DNA from: Lama glama
Taxonomy: Eukaryota
Reading direction: 5' to 3'
Assembly (NCBI GenBank): GCA_028534125.1
Contig: CM052818.1
Location: 5,396,001-5,460,000, forward strand
DNA length: 64,000 nucleotides
Notes under the pieces: model-generated
Database searches by the model: none
The model's input: only the letters and a program-made list of their open reading frames with translations
What the model was told of the DNA's origin: nothing
Made by a program: the position numbers and the translations under genes
Shown: positions 1 through 12,232 of the stretch, one piece after another
How the letters are laid out: each line of letters starts with the position of its first letter
Position numbering within the stretch: position 1 is the first letter of the stretch

Positions 1-82
1 AAACTATGAGCAAGTCACCTTTATTTCTGGAAAATGAATATAATGTATCACAGAAAATCAAAGTATAAAAAACACTAACATT

Positions 83-253
83 TAAAATCCAAATTTCTTC
101 TGTATAGCACAGGAAACTATATTCAATATCTTGTGATAAACTTTAATGAAAAAGAATATAAAAATGAATATATGTATATATAAGCATGACTGGGACATTA
201 TGCTGTATACCAGAAACTGACAAATTATAACTGACTATACTTCAATAAAAAAA
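83..253 (+). mobile_element. 5'-truncated LINE-1 3' UTR end (camelid-type)
   Basis: tgtatagcacaggaaactatattcaatatcttg...gactatacttcaat plus A-tail; the same sequence recurs at ~7960-8095. Degenerate TSD aaaaacactaacatt / aagagcactatcatt. Confidence 0.85.
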
Positions 254-289
254 GAGCACTATCATTGGACAGGGGTTGTAGAAGGATTT

Positions 290-1610
290 GATAATAATGA
301 ACATTCATACTTGATTTCTAAAAACAGCTAGATAGGGGTAATAAGGCAATTCCTTTAAAGTTAAAAAGTCTATCACAACACACACATACTAAAAATCCTA
401 ATTAATGTGTCATACTGACATCACTTCCATTAAATTCAAAACAAGATAAGGCTAATATTTCAATAATTATTTCTGTTCTGGAGGTTCTGAGGTAATGATA
501 CAAGAAAGTAAAAGACGTACAAACTTTAAAAATGTGAAAATATAGGACAACTGATCATTTTCTCATAAGTGTAAAAAGGATGGATTACTTAATAAGGAGA
601 TTAGTGTAACTTTCTAACGTTTAGAAAATATAAATTTCATAGTACACCCCGAAGAAATGAGAAGTGAATTACATTTTAAATTGAAAGCAAACAACCATAA
701 AGCCACTAAAAATAATTATAGGTTAAAATAGACATAATTTTATGGTGGTTGAAAACATTGTAAACTTAAACCTACGGCAAAAGCCTTAAAAAGAAAATAA
801 ACAAAATTGGGGGAAATCTCTTTTTAAAAAGTCAAAAGTTTCTCAAGTTTTTCTATCCACAGTATATACAGAACATTTGTTTGTAATTGCTGCAAATTAC
901 AAGCAAAAGACGTGAAAGACAGGCAAAGGGTATGAAAAGGAAAATGAAAAATAAAAAATAAAAGTAGTTAAGATTTGTTGCTAGTGAATTTAATTAACAA
1001 ATTACCGTTTTTACCACACAAGTCAAATTGGTAATATTTAAAGTAAAAATGACAGTATCTACAAACAACAGTAAGACAGTGAAAACGGCCTAAATGAATA
1101 GAAATAAGTAATTGTCTTAACAAATCATGGTATGACTGTATCACAAAAGACGATGCTTCCATTATAGTCATATGCTGTATAAGAAAACATTAATGAAAAT
1201 ACAGAGAATGATTGTTCAGTGAATAAAATATGGTGTCTAATATCTTTGTAACTTGACACCATTTTTGAAAAATAAATACTCATTTTTTTCAAAAAGACTA
1301 GAGCATATATACCAAAAATCTTAAAAACATTGTTTTCTCTGAGTAATAAAATGAATAATACATTTGTGAGGTTTTTTTTTTTTTTGCTATACTGTCCAAC
1401 TTTGTCTACATCAAAAAAGAAATAAAAGATTACTTTGCCATCAGAGAAAATACATAAACAAATGATAAAGCTATATGCCATAAAATTTTAAAGCTAAACA
1501 TAATAACCCTGATTCATAGAAGTAAATTATCTTTGTTATTCTTCAGTGGAAAAAGAGATGCATTTTCTAGTCCTGATACCATATACTGTTTACAGAAGGA
1601 GAAAGAAAAA
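290..1610 (+). mobile_element. Highly degraded ancient L1 (L1M-type) ORF2/3' remnant
   Basis: Very A-rich plus strand with decayed L1 ORF2-like motifs (ttctggaggttct..., caagaaagtaaaagac, accatttttgaaaaataa); no open frame. Confidence 0.55.
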
Positions 1611-3966
1611 GTAAAAGAAGAAATGCCAGCCTAAGCTCTGACAAGTAGATAGATGAATTTTTTGATTTCAGAATCTTATGGATTTTTTTAATACCAAAGA
1701 TCAGAATGATAGTAAATGTTCAAACTTAATTACTGCTATTGACACTTTGGGACAAAATGAGAAAATCACAAAATAGCTGCCCAGAGATAGATCCTACAGA
1801 TATGCATATTTCCCTGGATATATAAGTAGTGGTAACCATACAAGGTAGGCTGTTTTTTTAAACAAAGCTGAGCCTCATGGGCCGGCGTGAGTCAGTGAGA
1901 GCTGACACGAAACGCAGTAATTTAACATGACCATTAATGTTTTTTGAAAACGTTGAACTCTGGATCCAACATGAGCTATCAGCATGGATACCTGAGCTGG
2001 ATCCAGTTCCCTGCTGGCCCTGGGAAGTGGAAAAATATTCTCTGAAGTATCAGCAGTATTTGCAAGGTAGTTAAGCCTCGAAAATAGGAAATAATTTAAA
2101 ATGGTTCTAAATACTCCTTGTGACCTGTCTTTAAAAATAAATCCTTTCTGACTCTTCATTTTGTTGCACAAATGAGAGGCCCAAAAATTATGGCTCGGCA
2201 CCCATTTTGCATTCAAGGTCAGACAGGCAACAATCAGACGATGATACTTTATTCTCCTGCACATATGAAATCCTGTTTGAACCCATCAGAGAGAATTTAT
2301 AGATGTGCTAAACTGTCCAATGAGAAGCTTGGGTGTAAGCAGGGCAAGTTCCCTACTCGGCTTCCTAATGCAAGTAAATTACTACCTAGGCATGATTTCA
2401 CTTGGTATAGAGAAAAAAAAAAAGTTTAATAATTTTTGTCCCAACCTTGACCAAAATACAGGCCTGAATTTTTCAGGACAACACATTTTAAAACCTTGGC
2501 AGTGATCACTCAGGAATATTTCTGAATAGGATCCATTCACATGAAGCCTTTTCCCTTTTGCCAGCATGTCTGTAACTACTAGGAACCTGGAAGAATGAAA
2601 ACAAAATAGCTGCGTGTAAACTGAACCAGAGTTGAATATTTATTCGTGGCAACTTAATCCAAAGAGATGTTCTTCTAGCATTTAGGGTTTGGTTGAATTC
2701 CACAAAACCCAGCAATATTTAGAATCAAAATGGCTCCTCTGTCCTCAGTTCACCTCCCAGTCCTTACGTGGGTCTATCTCATGATGTTAAATTCCATTTT
2801 GACATCAATTCCATTCCAGCTGATGTCTAAATGGAATGTTAACGTCTTTTTTTTGTGGTTGAAATCACGTTGTATTTTTAATTCGAGGGTTTCTTCTTCA
2901 CATTTTAGAGGTATAAAGTTATAGATTCCAAAAATATTCCTCTCTGGGCTTAGAGCAGAGGCTTGGAGAAGGGGAAGGACCCAGGCTCACAAATGAATAG
3001 CAGGTCGGAGAAAATGTTTCGTTAATCCTTAATAGCAAAACAAGAGAGGAAAGATTGGAGGATACCCCATATAATTAATAGAGTAGAACTAAGCATACCA
3101 TGCATGCTTCCAAGAAGATCACAGACTGCACTGTGAAAAAAAAAAAAGCAATACAATGGTTAATCGCTTTAGAGAAATCATGCAGAAAGGACGACATGTA
3201 CCACATCCAAGATAATGACCAAACCTCTTCAAAATCATCCCATCTGGTAAATCTCTTCCAAAGCTCAAATTGCACCAGGCCATCCTTAACCATCCTTGAC
3301 CCTCCGGGCACATAAAGCTAGCTTTAGTTCCACTGCGTCAGTAATAAAATCTACATGCAAATCAACAACCACCACAGAATCCTCTTGCTCGTCTAAAAAG
3401 ACTCAAAAATGTTTGTCAGCTTAAGAATGAAAAGGGGAAAGGGGGACAAACGACGACTGACTTGGATTTTCAAGGGGGCGGGGTAAGACAGCGGTGTGTT
3501 TTGGGTCATAACTAAGAACACTCACAGGCTGACCTCATGCACGAGGAAGATAATCCAAACTCAAATAAGAACCAGACGGTTCAGAACAACACTCTGAAGA
3601 GCAACACGTGATATTCTGGAATAATGGCACTAAGAACAAATGAATGCTAATCGCGTTAAATATTTATGTGTTTAAGAAAGAGATTTTTTTCTATCTAAAT
3701 TATTGGTAAACCAACCGTTCAACTCTAAGAGAGATTTTTCATGTCTCTGTTGTAATTCCTGAAATCTGTGTTGATATCCAGGGCTGTCCAAACTCCTAGG
3801 ACTGAGCTGCTATGATTTTAATTAAACTTGCAAAGTGACATATTAAAAGCAGATCTAACCAAAGATACAAGGGAGCAAGAGGGTGAGACTTAAAACAATA
3901 TTAACAACTAGTGTTTTGTGGTTTCTCTTCAAATACCAAAGGAGATTGAATTGGAGTGAAGGGAAT

Positions 3967-4220
3967 ATTGGCTAATAAATTTCCAAATGCAAAAGAAACC
4001 GCCTCTATTTTCAATCTTTAAGTCCAAGGGGGAAAAAGGACCTTAATTAAGTATTGTTTGTAATATTTCTCTAAGTTCAAATCAATGTCATGAATCTGGT
4101 GACACCCCAAGGAATTCTGTAGCGAGGTAAAATTCTGTACCCAGGATATTTTATGTATACAGCATATACTTAGAGCTGGATTTTCTTAAAATGTGCATAG
4201 AAAAATTCAGAAGAAAATGC
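3967..4220. repeat. Left arm of long inverted repeat (partner 5848-6329)
   Basis: Its reverse complement aligns to 5848-5932 plus 6165-6329; by manual count 179/210 identical with no gaps. Confidence 0.95.
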
Positions 4221-5847
4221 CAACAGATGCTTAACTCTTGGAAGGCTTAAAGAAACAACACCATCTACTTCAAAATACAGACAGCTGAAAATGTTAAACA
4301 AAAGGTTAATGTGTCAGTTTTACTTCCTTTCTCCAGCGGCTCCTATTTAAACAAGTTTGCGCACCTAAGTCATGCTATATGCATAGGATTTTGCATTAAG
4401 TTTGCAATGTCAGGCTTGTTTGTAAAAATCGTATTTTTAACCACTGGCCCCTGGGGCTCTGTTCTGGGCAGTTACAAGCTCCAACCAGTTCAGTTTTGAT
4501 TTTTAAAAAGACAGCCCTCACTTCCATGAGCTTTCATGGGAGACATTTCACATCTTGGAACAAAACTTTTGGTTTATACTTTCTGTGGCCTTACAAACTT
4601 GTAATTAAGTTTATTTATTTAGCACAGAAAGTGCACCTCTGTTTGCCATGACTGGCCGGTGGCCACTGCCAGCCCTGGGGAGATCTCCAGTTTCTGTTCT
4701 TTCTCTCTCTCTCTCTGTCTCTCTGCCTGGCCACCACTGCTGTGAAAACACTTCCTCATAGTGCTTTTGAGAGTATTTACCACATTTTTGTTCCTATTCA
4801 GAACTTTTAACTCCATTCATAAACCTAGTGGTCACATGGCAGTTCATAAAGGGCAGAAATCTTTATAGTCTTTTCCACCGTGGTTAAAACTGTGGCTTCT
4901 GTAATTTATGCTCAACCATAACAATGCTCAAAAGCAGTTGGAGAACAGAAGACCTTCCATTTCTGGATTTGCCGCCACTTCAAGGAAAATGCAGAGACTC
5001 TGCCGAATATTTATAAGCAATAATTTCATGTATTTTGCTGTGCAGTCCATTCTCATGTGGCAACATCATAGTAGTTTTTGCTTTGCTCTTACCACAGAAC
5101 TTTAACATTTTTCTCCATCAATTTTTTCCCCCTCTTTTCAGCTCCAGACCACCAAAACATAAAGTAAATGTGATCATTATGAGGTTCTAGAAATATATTG
5201 TAGCTGGACTTCCCAGATAAGATGTTCATTAAGGGGTTACCCTTTTATGTTATGAAAACTATGTGGATTTCTATAATGTGTCTCGAAATGTCAATATGGG
5301 TTGTGTTCAAGCGGTCATGACTCTCACAGCTAATTACTCATACTCAGTCCAGGAAGTACTGTTGTTTGCAATGTGGCTTAGGTTTGTATAAACTTGATTC
5401 TTTGATATCAAAGAAATTATCTAGGGCAAAATGATGTGCTCAGTGCAGCTCTGCAGGGCAGGCTTTCAGCTTGGGTTGACCCAGGGAAATGGGCAGAATG
5501 AAGCCTTTTTTCCAAACTGCTGTCCGTACCTCCTGCTCTGCTGTCTCCCCTCTCCGCACCAATCCTGTAGCCCATTCAGAGAATCTAGAACGTGGCCTGC
5601 GCTGCTACTATTTACATGGCAATCCTTGAGGAAAGAGAAATGTCATTTTTGTATGGCAGTTTCTACCAGCTCTGGGACTGAGTTAAGAATCATTTTGGAA
5701 GTGGCACCATTGCATGAGGCACTGCCTGTGGTTATTCATTTCAAAACACATTAATATTAGACTTCAGAGCTGCATCAAAGAATCACAGGAGTGGCGAGGC
5801 TAACAGAAGTTTATCTAAGTCCATCAATGCCTCCTGGAAAACTGCCC

Positions 5848-6329
5848 GCATTTTATACTGAATTTTTCTATGCATGTTTTTATAAAATTCAGCTCTAAGT
5901 ATATGCTGTGTACATAAAACATCCTGGGTACAGGTTGAGGGGTGGGGTATAGCTCAGTGGTAGACACGAGGTCCTGAGTTCAATCACCAGTATCTCCATT
6001 AAAAAAAACAAAACAAAACAGGGAGGGTATAGCTAAAAGTGGTAGAGTGTATGCTTAGTATGCACAAGGTCCTGGGTTCAATCCCCAGTACCTCCTCTAA
6101 AATAAACAAACAAACAAGCCTAATTACCCTCCACCATGAAAAAAAAAAAAACCAGCCTGGGTGCAAAATTTTACCTTACTACAGAATTCCCTGGGGTGTC
6201 ACCAAATTAATTATGCTGAATTGAACTTAGAGAAACATTATAAACAATACTTAACTAAGGTTCTTCCCTCTCTTTGTACTTAAAGATTGAAAATTGGTCT
6301 CTTTTTCCTCTGGAAATTTATCAGCCAAT
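5848..6329. repeat. Right arm of long inverted repeat, interrupted by a SINE
   Basis: For example cagctctaagtatatgctgt, acagaattccctggggtgtcacca and ttgaacttagagaaa match the reverse complement of 3967-4220. Confidence 0.95.
5933..6150 (+). mobile_element. Dimeric tRNA-derived SINE (camelid vic-1-like)
   Basis: Two tRNA(Ala)-like monomers with A box (tagctcagtgg) and B box (ggttcaatccc), an A-rich linker and poly(A). TSD aaaacatcctgggtaca / aaaccagcctgggtgca. Confidence 0.9.
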
Positions 6330-7029
6330 CTTAAAAAAGATCAAGGTCAGCATCATCAACATCATCACCATTTTCAGCTCTGGAATCAGAGACCATTCAC
6401 TAAATGTCTACTTGTCAATAGTACCAGAAAAGCCTCCTTATTTAAGCCATCAATAAATAAAATGTACGAAACTTCACCCTTGTCCATTAGAAAAACCCAG
6501 TCTAAGATGTGATAGTGGGTATCTGTATTTTTTTAACCTCATGCCCATTTCCTCCTCTTGATAGCTCTTGGATTTTCTTTGGGGGAGTTACCCCTTTTCC
6601 ATTGTGAGTAGGTTTGGTGGGTGGTAAAACAACATTCTGCTAGAGAGTTGAAGGAGTCCTTGGACACTCTTTCCTTCTAATTCTCCCAGGTCTTAATAAT
6701 GATCACAATACACAGCAATCTCCTTGAGTGTTAGCTAGAGCCATTTTCATTTCCCAGCATCTCAACTCTTGTAGCCAAAAAGTCATCAGGCTCTGTCGAT
6801 TGCAGTCCATAAATATTTCTTAAATCTCCCTCTCATCCCCATCTCTCCCTACTGTCAGAGTTAGGGTCTTTGGCTTGTGTCCCCTACATTAATGTGATGG
6901 TCTCCTCAGCAGTATGCCTGCATCCTATCTCTCTCCGTCTCAACTCTTTGCAATAATAGAAGTAAGTCTTCAGCATTTACCATACTAAAAATGAGACTTA
7001 ACACACACACATACATATATGAATAAAAT

Positions 7030-7260
7030 AATACTGCAAAATGGGGGGAAGGATGGAGACATATGGTATTTCCACATGGTGGCAGTTCAGCTGAATAGCT
7101 GTATTTTTAAAATACATGACTACTGACCACCACCTCATACCATTCCCAAAATGCAACTCTAGGAGAACTGTAGACCTAAAAGCAAACAATAAAGCAATAA
7201 TAAGGGAAAAACTTCTAGAAGATGGCATAGAAGAAAAGTTCATGTCCTTGCAGTAGTCAA
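7030..7260 (+). mobile_element. Old L1 ORF2 fragment
   Basis: cacctcataccattcccaaaatgcaactctagg...gtagacctaaaag...aaaacttctagaag resembles the L1 ORF2 3' region. Confidence 0.65.
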
Positions 7261-7299
7261 TTTTCAGGAAAAAAAAATAAGTAACTCTGTAAGTAATTG

Positions 7300-7515
7300 A
7301 CCCCTTATAATGGGCCAGGCATTATGCAAAGCACTTTAAATAAAACTAATCTTCACAATTCCCCTGAAATAGATATCACTTTTCTCACTTTATAGACAAG
7401 GAAACCAAGCCTAAGAGATTTTACAAAATTTACCTATGATCAACTGAGGTATTACCTATTCTAGGTAATACCTAGATTTGAATTCACTTCTGCATGATTC
7501 CAAATTCTGTGTCCT
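7300..7515 (-). mobile_element. MIR SINE
   Basis: gccaggcattatgcaaagcacttt...cactttatagacaaggaaaccaagcc resembles the MIR core in reverse. Confidence 0.65.
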
Positions 7516-7516
7516 A

Positions 7517-8100
7517 TGTCCAGATGGAACTCTAATTCAAAAAGATACCTGCACCCCAATGTTCACAGCAGCACTATATACAATAGCTAAGACATGGAAA
7601 CAACCTAAATGTGCATTGACAGATGACTGGATAAAGAAGTTGTGGTATGTTTATAAACAGTGGAATACTACTCAGCCATAAAAAAGAATAAAATAATGCC
7701 ATTTGCAGCGACATGGATGGATCTAGAGACCATCATTCTAAGTGAAGTAAGACAGAAAGAGAAAGAAAAATACCATATGATATCACTCATATGTGGAATC
7801 TTAAAAAAAAAAGAAAAAAAGACACTATGTACTCATCTACATATAGTAAATAATCTTATGGTTCCTGGGGAAAGAGGGAGGGAAGGGGTCAATTTAGGAG
7901 TTTGAGATTTGCAAACGCTAGCCATTATATATAAAATTAGATTTTAAAACCTTTCTTCTGTTTAGCACAGGGAACTATATTCACTATCTTGTAATAACCT
8001 TTAATGAAAAAGAAAATGAAAATTAATATATGTATGTATATGCATGACTGGAACATTGTGCTCTACACTAGAAATTGATGCATTGTATACTTCAGTTTAA
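7517..8100 (+). mobile_element. 5'-truncated LINE-1 (ORF2 C-terminus + 3' UTR)
   Basis: Translates to IQKDTCTPMFTAALYTIAKTWKQPKC...WIKKLWY and MEYYSAIKKNKIMPFAATWMDLETIILSEV, the canonical L1 ORF2p C-terminus. Confidence 0.95.
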
Positions 8101-8178
8101 TAAAGAAAGAAGGAAACAAGGAAACAAGGAAACAAGGAAACAAGGAAGGAAGGAAGGAAAGAAAGAAAGAAAGAAGGA

Positions 8179-8241
<63 letters not shown>

Positions 8242-8389
8242 GAAGGAAGAGAGGGAGGGAGGGAGGGAGGGAGGAAGGAAGGAAGGGAGGAAGGAAGGAA
8301 GGGAAGGGAAGGGAAGGGAAAGGAAAGGAAAGGAAAGGAAAGGAAAGGAAAGGAAAGGAAAGGGGAAAGAAAGAAAGAAAAGAGAGAAA
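8101..8389 (+). repeat. Compound purine microsatellite (AAGGAAAC, GGAA, GAAA, GGGA, GGGAA, GGAAA) at the L1 tail
   Basis: Directly visible; 8142-8389 contains only purines. Confidence 0.98.
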
Positions 8390-8959
8390 TAATTACCTGC
8401 CCTCACACTAGAGGCAGGGTAATTGTCCAAATGTCATTATATAACTCTCCGCTCATGAGTCTAATGGTTCATAATCCATTGCCTGTACAATAAAGTCACA
8501 AACAAGTGAGGCTTTCCAGAGTCCGCCATGATTTAGCTTTTCCAACCACCCTTCTTGCTAGTCACCACAGTCACCTGACACCCAGACATTCAGTCATCCC
8601 TAACTGCTTGGCATCCTTCAAACAAGTGACATTCTTTTCTGCTTCTCCATGCCTTTGCATCCGCAGCTCCTTCTGTCAGCCATACTTGTTCTGTTTTCTT
8701 CCATCTGAAAAAGCCCAGTCTTCAAGATGCATCTAGGATGTGATTTCTCTCTGGGACCATCCTTGGGTCCGCTGGCCAAGTTCAATTCCACCTCCCTGGG
8801 GAACCCCCTGCGCTTTAACATGTTTTTACTGAGTCTACCTTACACTGTGCTCTGAGCACTCATTGGCACATCTCCTTCCTCACTGGGCTGTGGCTTGTTC
8901 AAGGTCTGAGCTTTACTGGTTTTCTAACTTTCCTGCTTCCACCCTGCCCCACCTCATTC

Positions 8960-9715
8960 TCCACATAAGTCAGGTCATGTCATTCCTCTATTCAAAACCC
9001 TCCAATAATTTCCCATCGTGTTTAGAGTAAAATCAAAAGCTCTCAACAAGATCTATAAAGCCTAATGTCCCTCTGTCCCTTCCCTACCCCTCCTTCTCCA
9101 GGTTCAGCCACCTGGCCTCCAAGCTATTTCTTGAACAGGCCAAGGATACATCTACTCAGAAATCTCCTGCTGACCAGTCCCTCTGCCTTGAAGTCTCTTT
9201 GCTCAGAGGTCTACCTGGAAGTTCCCCTTGCTTCTGTCAGATCTCTGCCAAATGTCAGCTCCTCAGAGAAACCTTCCCTGACACCCACATGAAATATAGA
9301 GACTTACAGCCACCATCACATTCTTCACCCTTCTTTTTCTAATTGAAGTATAGTTGATTTACAATGTTGTGTTAGTTTCTGATGTAGAGCATACTGATTC
9401 AGTTTTATATATGTATGTTCTTTCTCATGTACTTTTTCATTATAGGTTATTACAAGCAATTGAACATAGTTCCCTGTGCTACACAGTAGGTCCTTGTTGT
9501 TTATCTGTTTCATATACAGTAGTTTGTACCTGCTAACCCCACACCATATTCTTAGCACTGACCACTATCTGTCATTATACTACACACCTGGGAGTGTGTC
9601 TCTCGGTCTGCCCTGTCCACTGTAAGCCTCATGAGGGCAGGCCTGTGTCTGCTTTCTTCAGTGCTAACCCACCAAGGCTTTTAGCAGCTGCTACTAAGTA
9701 CAAATGAATAAATGA
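8960..9715 (+). mobile_element. L2 LINE 3' region, interrupted by an L1 fragment
   Basis: tcatgtcattcctctattcaaaaccctccaat...; tgtaagcctcatgagggcagg...aaatgaataaatga matches the L2 3' end. Confidence 0.7.
9326..9540 (-). mobile_element. LINE-1 3' UTR end (camelid-type)
   Basis: aattgaagtatagttgatttacaatgttgtg...tagttccctgtgctacacag; degenerate TSD catcacattctt / caccatattctt. Confidence 0.9.
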
Positions 9716-10534
9716 GCTTCCTCCCCAACTTTCCAGTGTTCACAACATTGCCAGTTGCTCTGCAGGGGCTCAAAACATACTCAGTATACAGTGAGGGAGT
9801 TGTGGGGCGAATTATAAAGAGTTGCCATGGAATGTCCCCTTAGATACTTGACAAGTCAAAGAAGCTTCTTACATCCAAAGGGATATTTCAGAAGCTAATT
9901 AGATGATAAGAGGATGCTGATTAGATAGACAGGCAAAAGAAAAGGAAAAGCGGGTTCCAAAATATAACTCATAAAATTTTGTAGAGAGGCCGTTTTTCAG
10001 TGTCTTGAGACCCTCCCATCACAAATGTATTCTTCGTGTCTTAAGTCCTTCCCAACGTCATCACCAGACAGAAAGCAACTTCTCCTTGTTAGTTCATGGA
10101 CCCCTTCATAGACAGGAATGTTCTAAATCAGGAATTCCTAATCCTTTCCTCTTTAAGTGAAACAAAGCTGGCATTTTCATCTGGGACCATGTCCCAGAAG
10201 TGTATTTAAGTCAACTGCAGCATAACCTTTGAGTCATCATTAATTCTTCTTGACCTTTAAGAAGCCAGGTGTCATGGGAAAATACCTCTCTTACTGTCTG
10301 CCATGGTTTTCATGAGGTTCTTGGAGACCCTAAGATCCCTTACTAACTTTACTATTTCCTTTTTTCTAAATATCCTGATGTGTGTTTGGTATAAAATATT
10401 AATTTTTCATCTTTAAATGACTCCAGTTTTCTCTTTAGCAGCAATGCTAATTACTTGATATTTATTTCTTATAAATACAAAATATATCCTATATATTTCA
10501 GTTCTATAATCTCTCTCTCTCATTATTGATGTTT

Positions 10535-10715
10535 GGAATTTGGGTGAATGAATGAAATGTCATTATATCAAAAAGTCTAAAAAGATTGGGAGGGAGATTG
10601 AGTTTTGAGGGAGAGAGGATGAATTCTGTTTTGAATATTTTGATTTCAAGATGGTTTTGGAAAACTAAATTCAACGTCTCTAGGGGCAGATCAATGTGGG
10701 AGACTAGAGCTCTGG
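10535..10715 (-). mobile_element. L2 fragment
   Basis: gatgaattctgttttgaatattttgatttcaagatg...gtgggagactagagctc is typical L2 antisense sequence. Confidence 0.6.
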
Positions 10716-11982
10716 TCATTCTTCCCACCATCTTCTAATTCACCCCATGCAGCAGTGAGAGACAACTCTTGCTCCAGCATACCGTGGTAATGTTTCCTCC
10801 ACTATCAAAAAAAAAATTCCCCACAATTCCAAAGATAATTCAATCATGCCCAAACATATGCACTGAGGAACTACCGTGTTCCAGGCATTGCCGTTAGTTT
10901 TTTATACATACAGGACCTGATACAGTCCCAGGCACTCAGTAGCCACTCAAAAAGTATTTTAAAAGCCTGAGTCTTTCATCCAAAGCCTGAGTCTTTTATC
11001 GTCTTAAGGATGCGAAACCCTAGCACTTGATGTTCAACTCTCTTAAGTTAACAAATCCCTTCCAACTCTTGAGTTTCTGTCTCCATAGACTTGTGTCACT
11101 CCCAGTCTACCCAACATGCTCCAGCTGCCTCAGTCTGACCTAGGATGCTCACCTTGCTCCTCTCCTCTGTCTAGGTCCCACCTCACAATCCAAGTCCCAG
11201 GTCTCAACTCTTCTAAGAGGCATCTCTGAGCAGCCCTACTCTGTCCTCAAAGGGCTCTAAACGTCTGGCCACAACTTCAGTAGACCTCAACCACAACCTC
11301 ACCCATCTCTTGCTGTGTCACCTGAGCTAATCATTCCTCTTTGACTGGAGCACAAATTCCTCCAAAAGAGCCAACCAGCCTCTGACTTATTTTGAGCTTT
11401 AGCCTTGTTTGAGTTCATACAGCACAAGGAGTTCTGGTTCTTGAAGTGAGCCACCAAAATCCCCAGGAGAGCCCTTGGTATCTGAGAGGACAGAGCATTC
11501 AAGCTCTGATAGAATTACCCCAAATAAGCTCCTGTTCTAAACGAATTGTCATAGTGAGAGCCTCAGACTGGACCTCATGCAGTAGGGTGGGTGGAGCTGC
11601 TGGTGGATTTCCCTCTTGTGTGAACAGCTGGAGGGCCGGAGCCTCCTACCCATTCTTGCCTGTACACAGAGATGGCTTCAGTAGTACCTGGAAAATAGGG
11701 CCGGTGTCGGGCAACAGTGCTGGGAGAATGATTCTTCACTACCCCATATATTCAGCTGGCCCCAGGAGGTTGCAGCATGAACTCTGACTTACAGAAGTGA
11801 GGGGCCACCCCAGGAAATGTGTTCCCACATGGTCCACGTCCTTGTGATCTGCTTCAAGATTTGCTGCTCACCCATCACACTGCTCAGTCTCACCCAGGCC
11901 CAGTCTGTCTAGGCGCCTCCTTATTCCTCTCACCTCAGTCCCGGAGGAAAGGCTCCAGGCCATTTTGATGCATGGGAGGTCT

Positions 11983-12092
11983 CTCCCCTTCATTTCCTCC
12001 TGATTAGAACACTTTTCACTCCTCTAATCTCTTCTCCCCTCCATTTCCTCCAGATTAGAACACTTTTCACTCCTCTAATCTCTTCTCCCCTC
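11983..12092. repeat. 51-bp tandem duplication (2 copies)
   Basis: catttcctcc(t/a)gattagaacacttttcactcctctaatctcttctcccct occurs twice, starting at 11991 and 12042. Confidence 0.95.
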
Positions 12093-12232
12093 TTGTTTCC
12101 CTTCTCCTCTTCTTTCTCCTCTCTCCTTTTCTCTTCTTTTCCTTTCTTCCTCCCCTAGTCTTTCTCACCTAGAGGAAATCTTACTTTCTGGGTCCAAACT
12201 CAGCGTTCTCCCAAGCTCACCTTCAGTACAAC

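Noticed and set aside
5941..6097. Possible tRNA-Ala genes
   Set aside because: Degenerate stems, dimeric layout, poly(A) tail and TSD identify a SINE.
8391..8424. Imperfect hairpin aattacctgccctc...gaggcagggtaatt after the purine tract
   Set aside because: Short and imperfect, with no recognisable RNA family.
8075..8430. 105-aa K/E/R-rich and 112-aa F/L/S-rich ORFs (likewise 24269-24566)
   Set aside because: Translations of purine microsatellites, which lack stop codons by composition.
11983..12092. CRISPR-like repeat with internal palindrome
   Set aside because: Only two directly adjacent copies with no spacers, in mammalian DNA.
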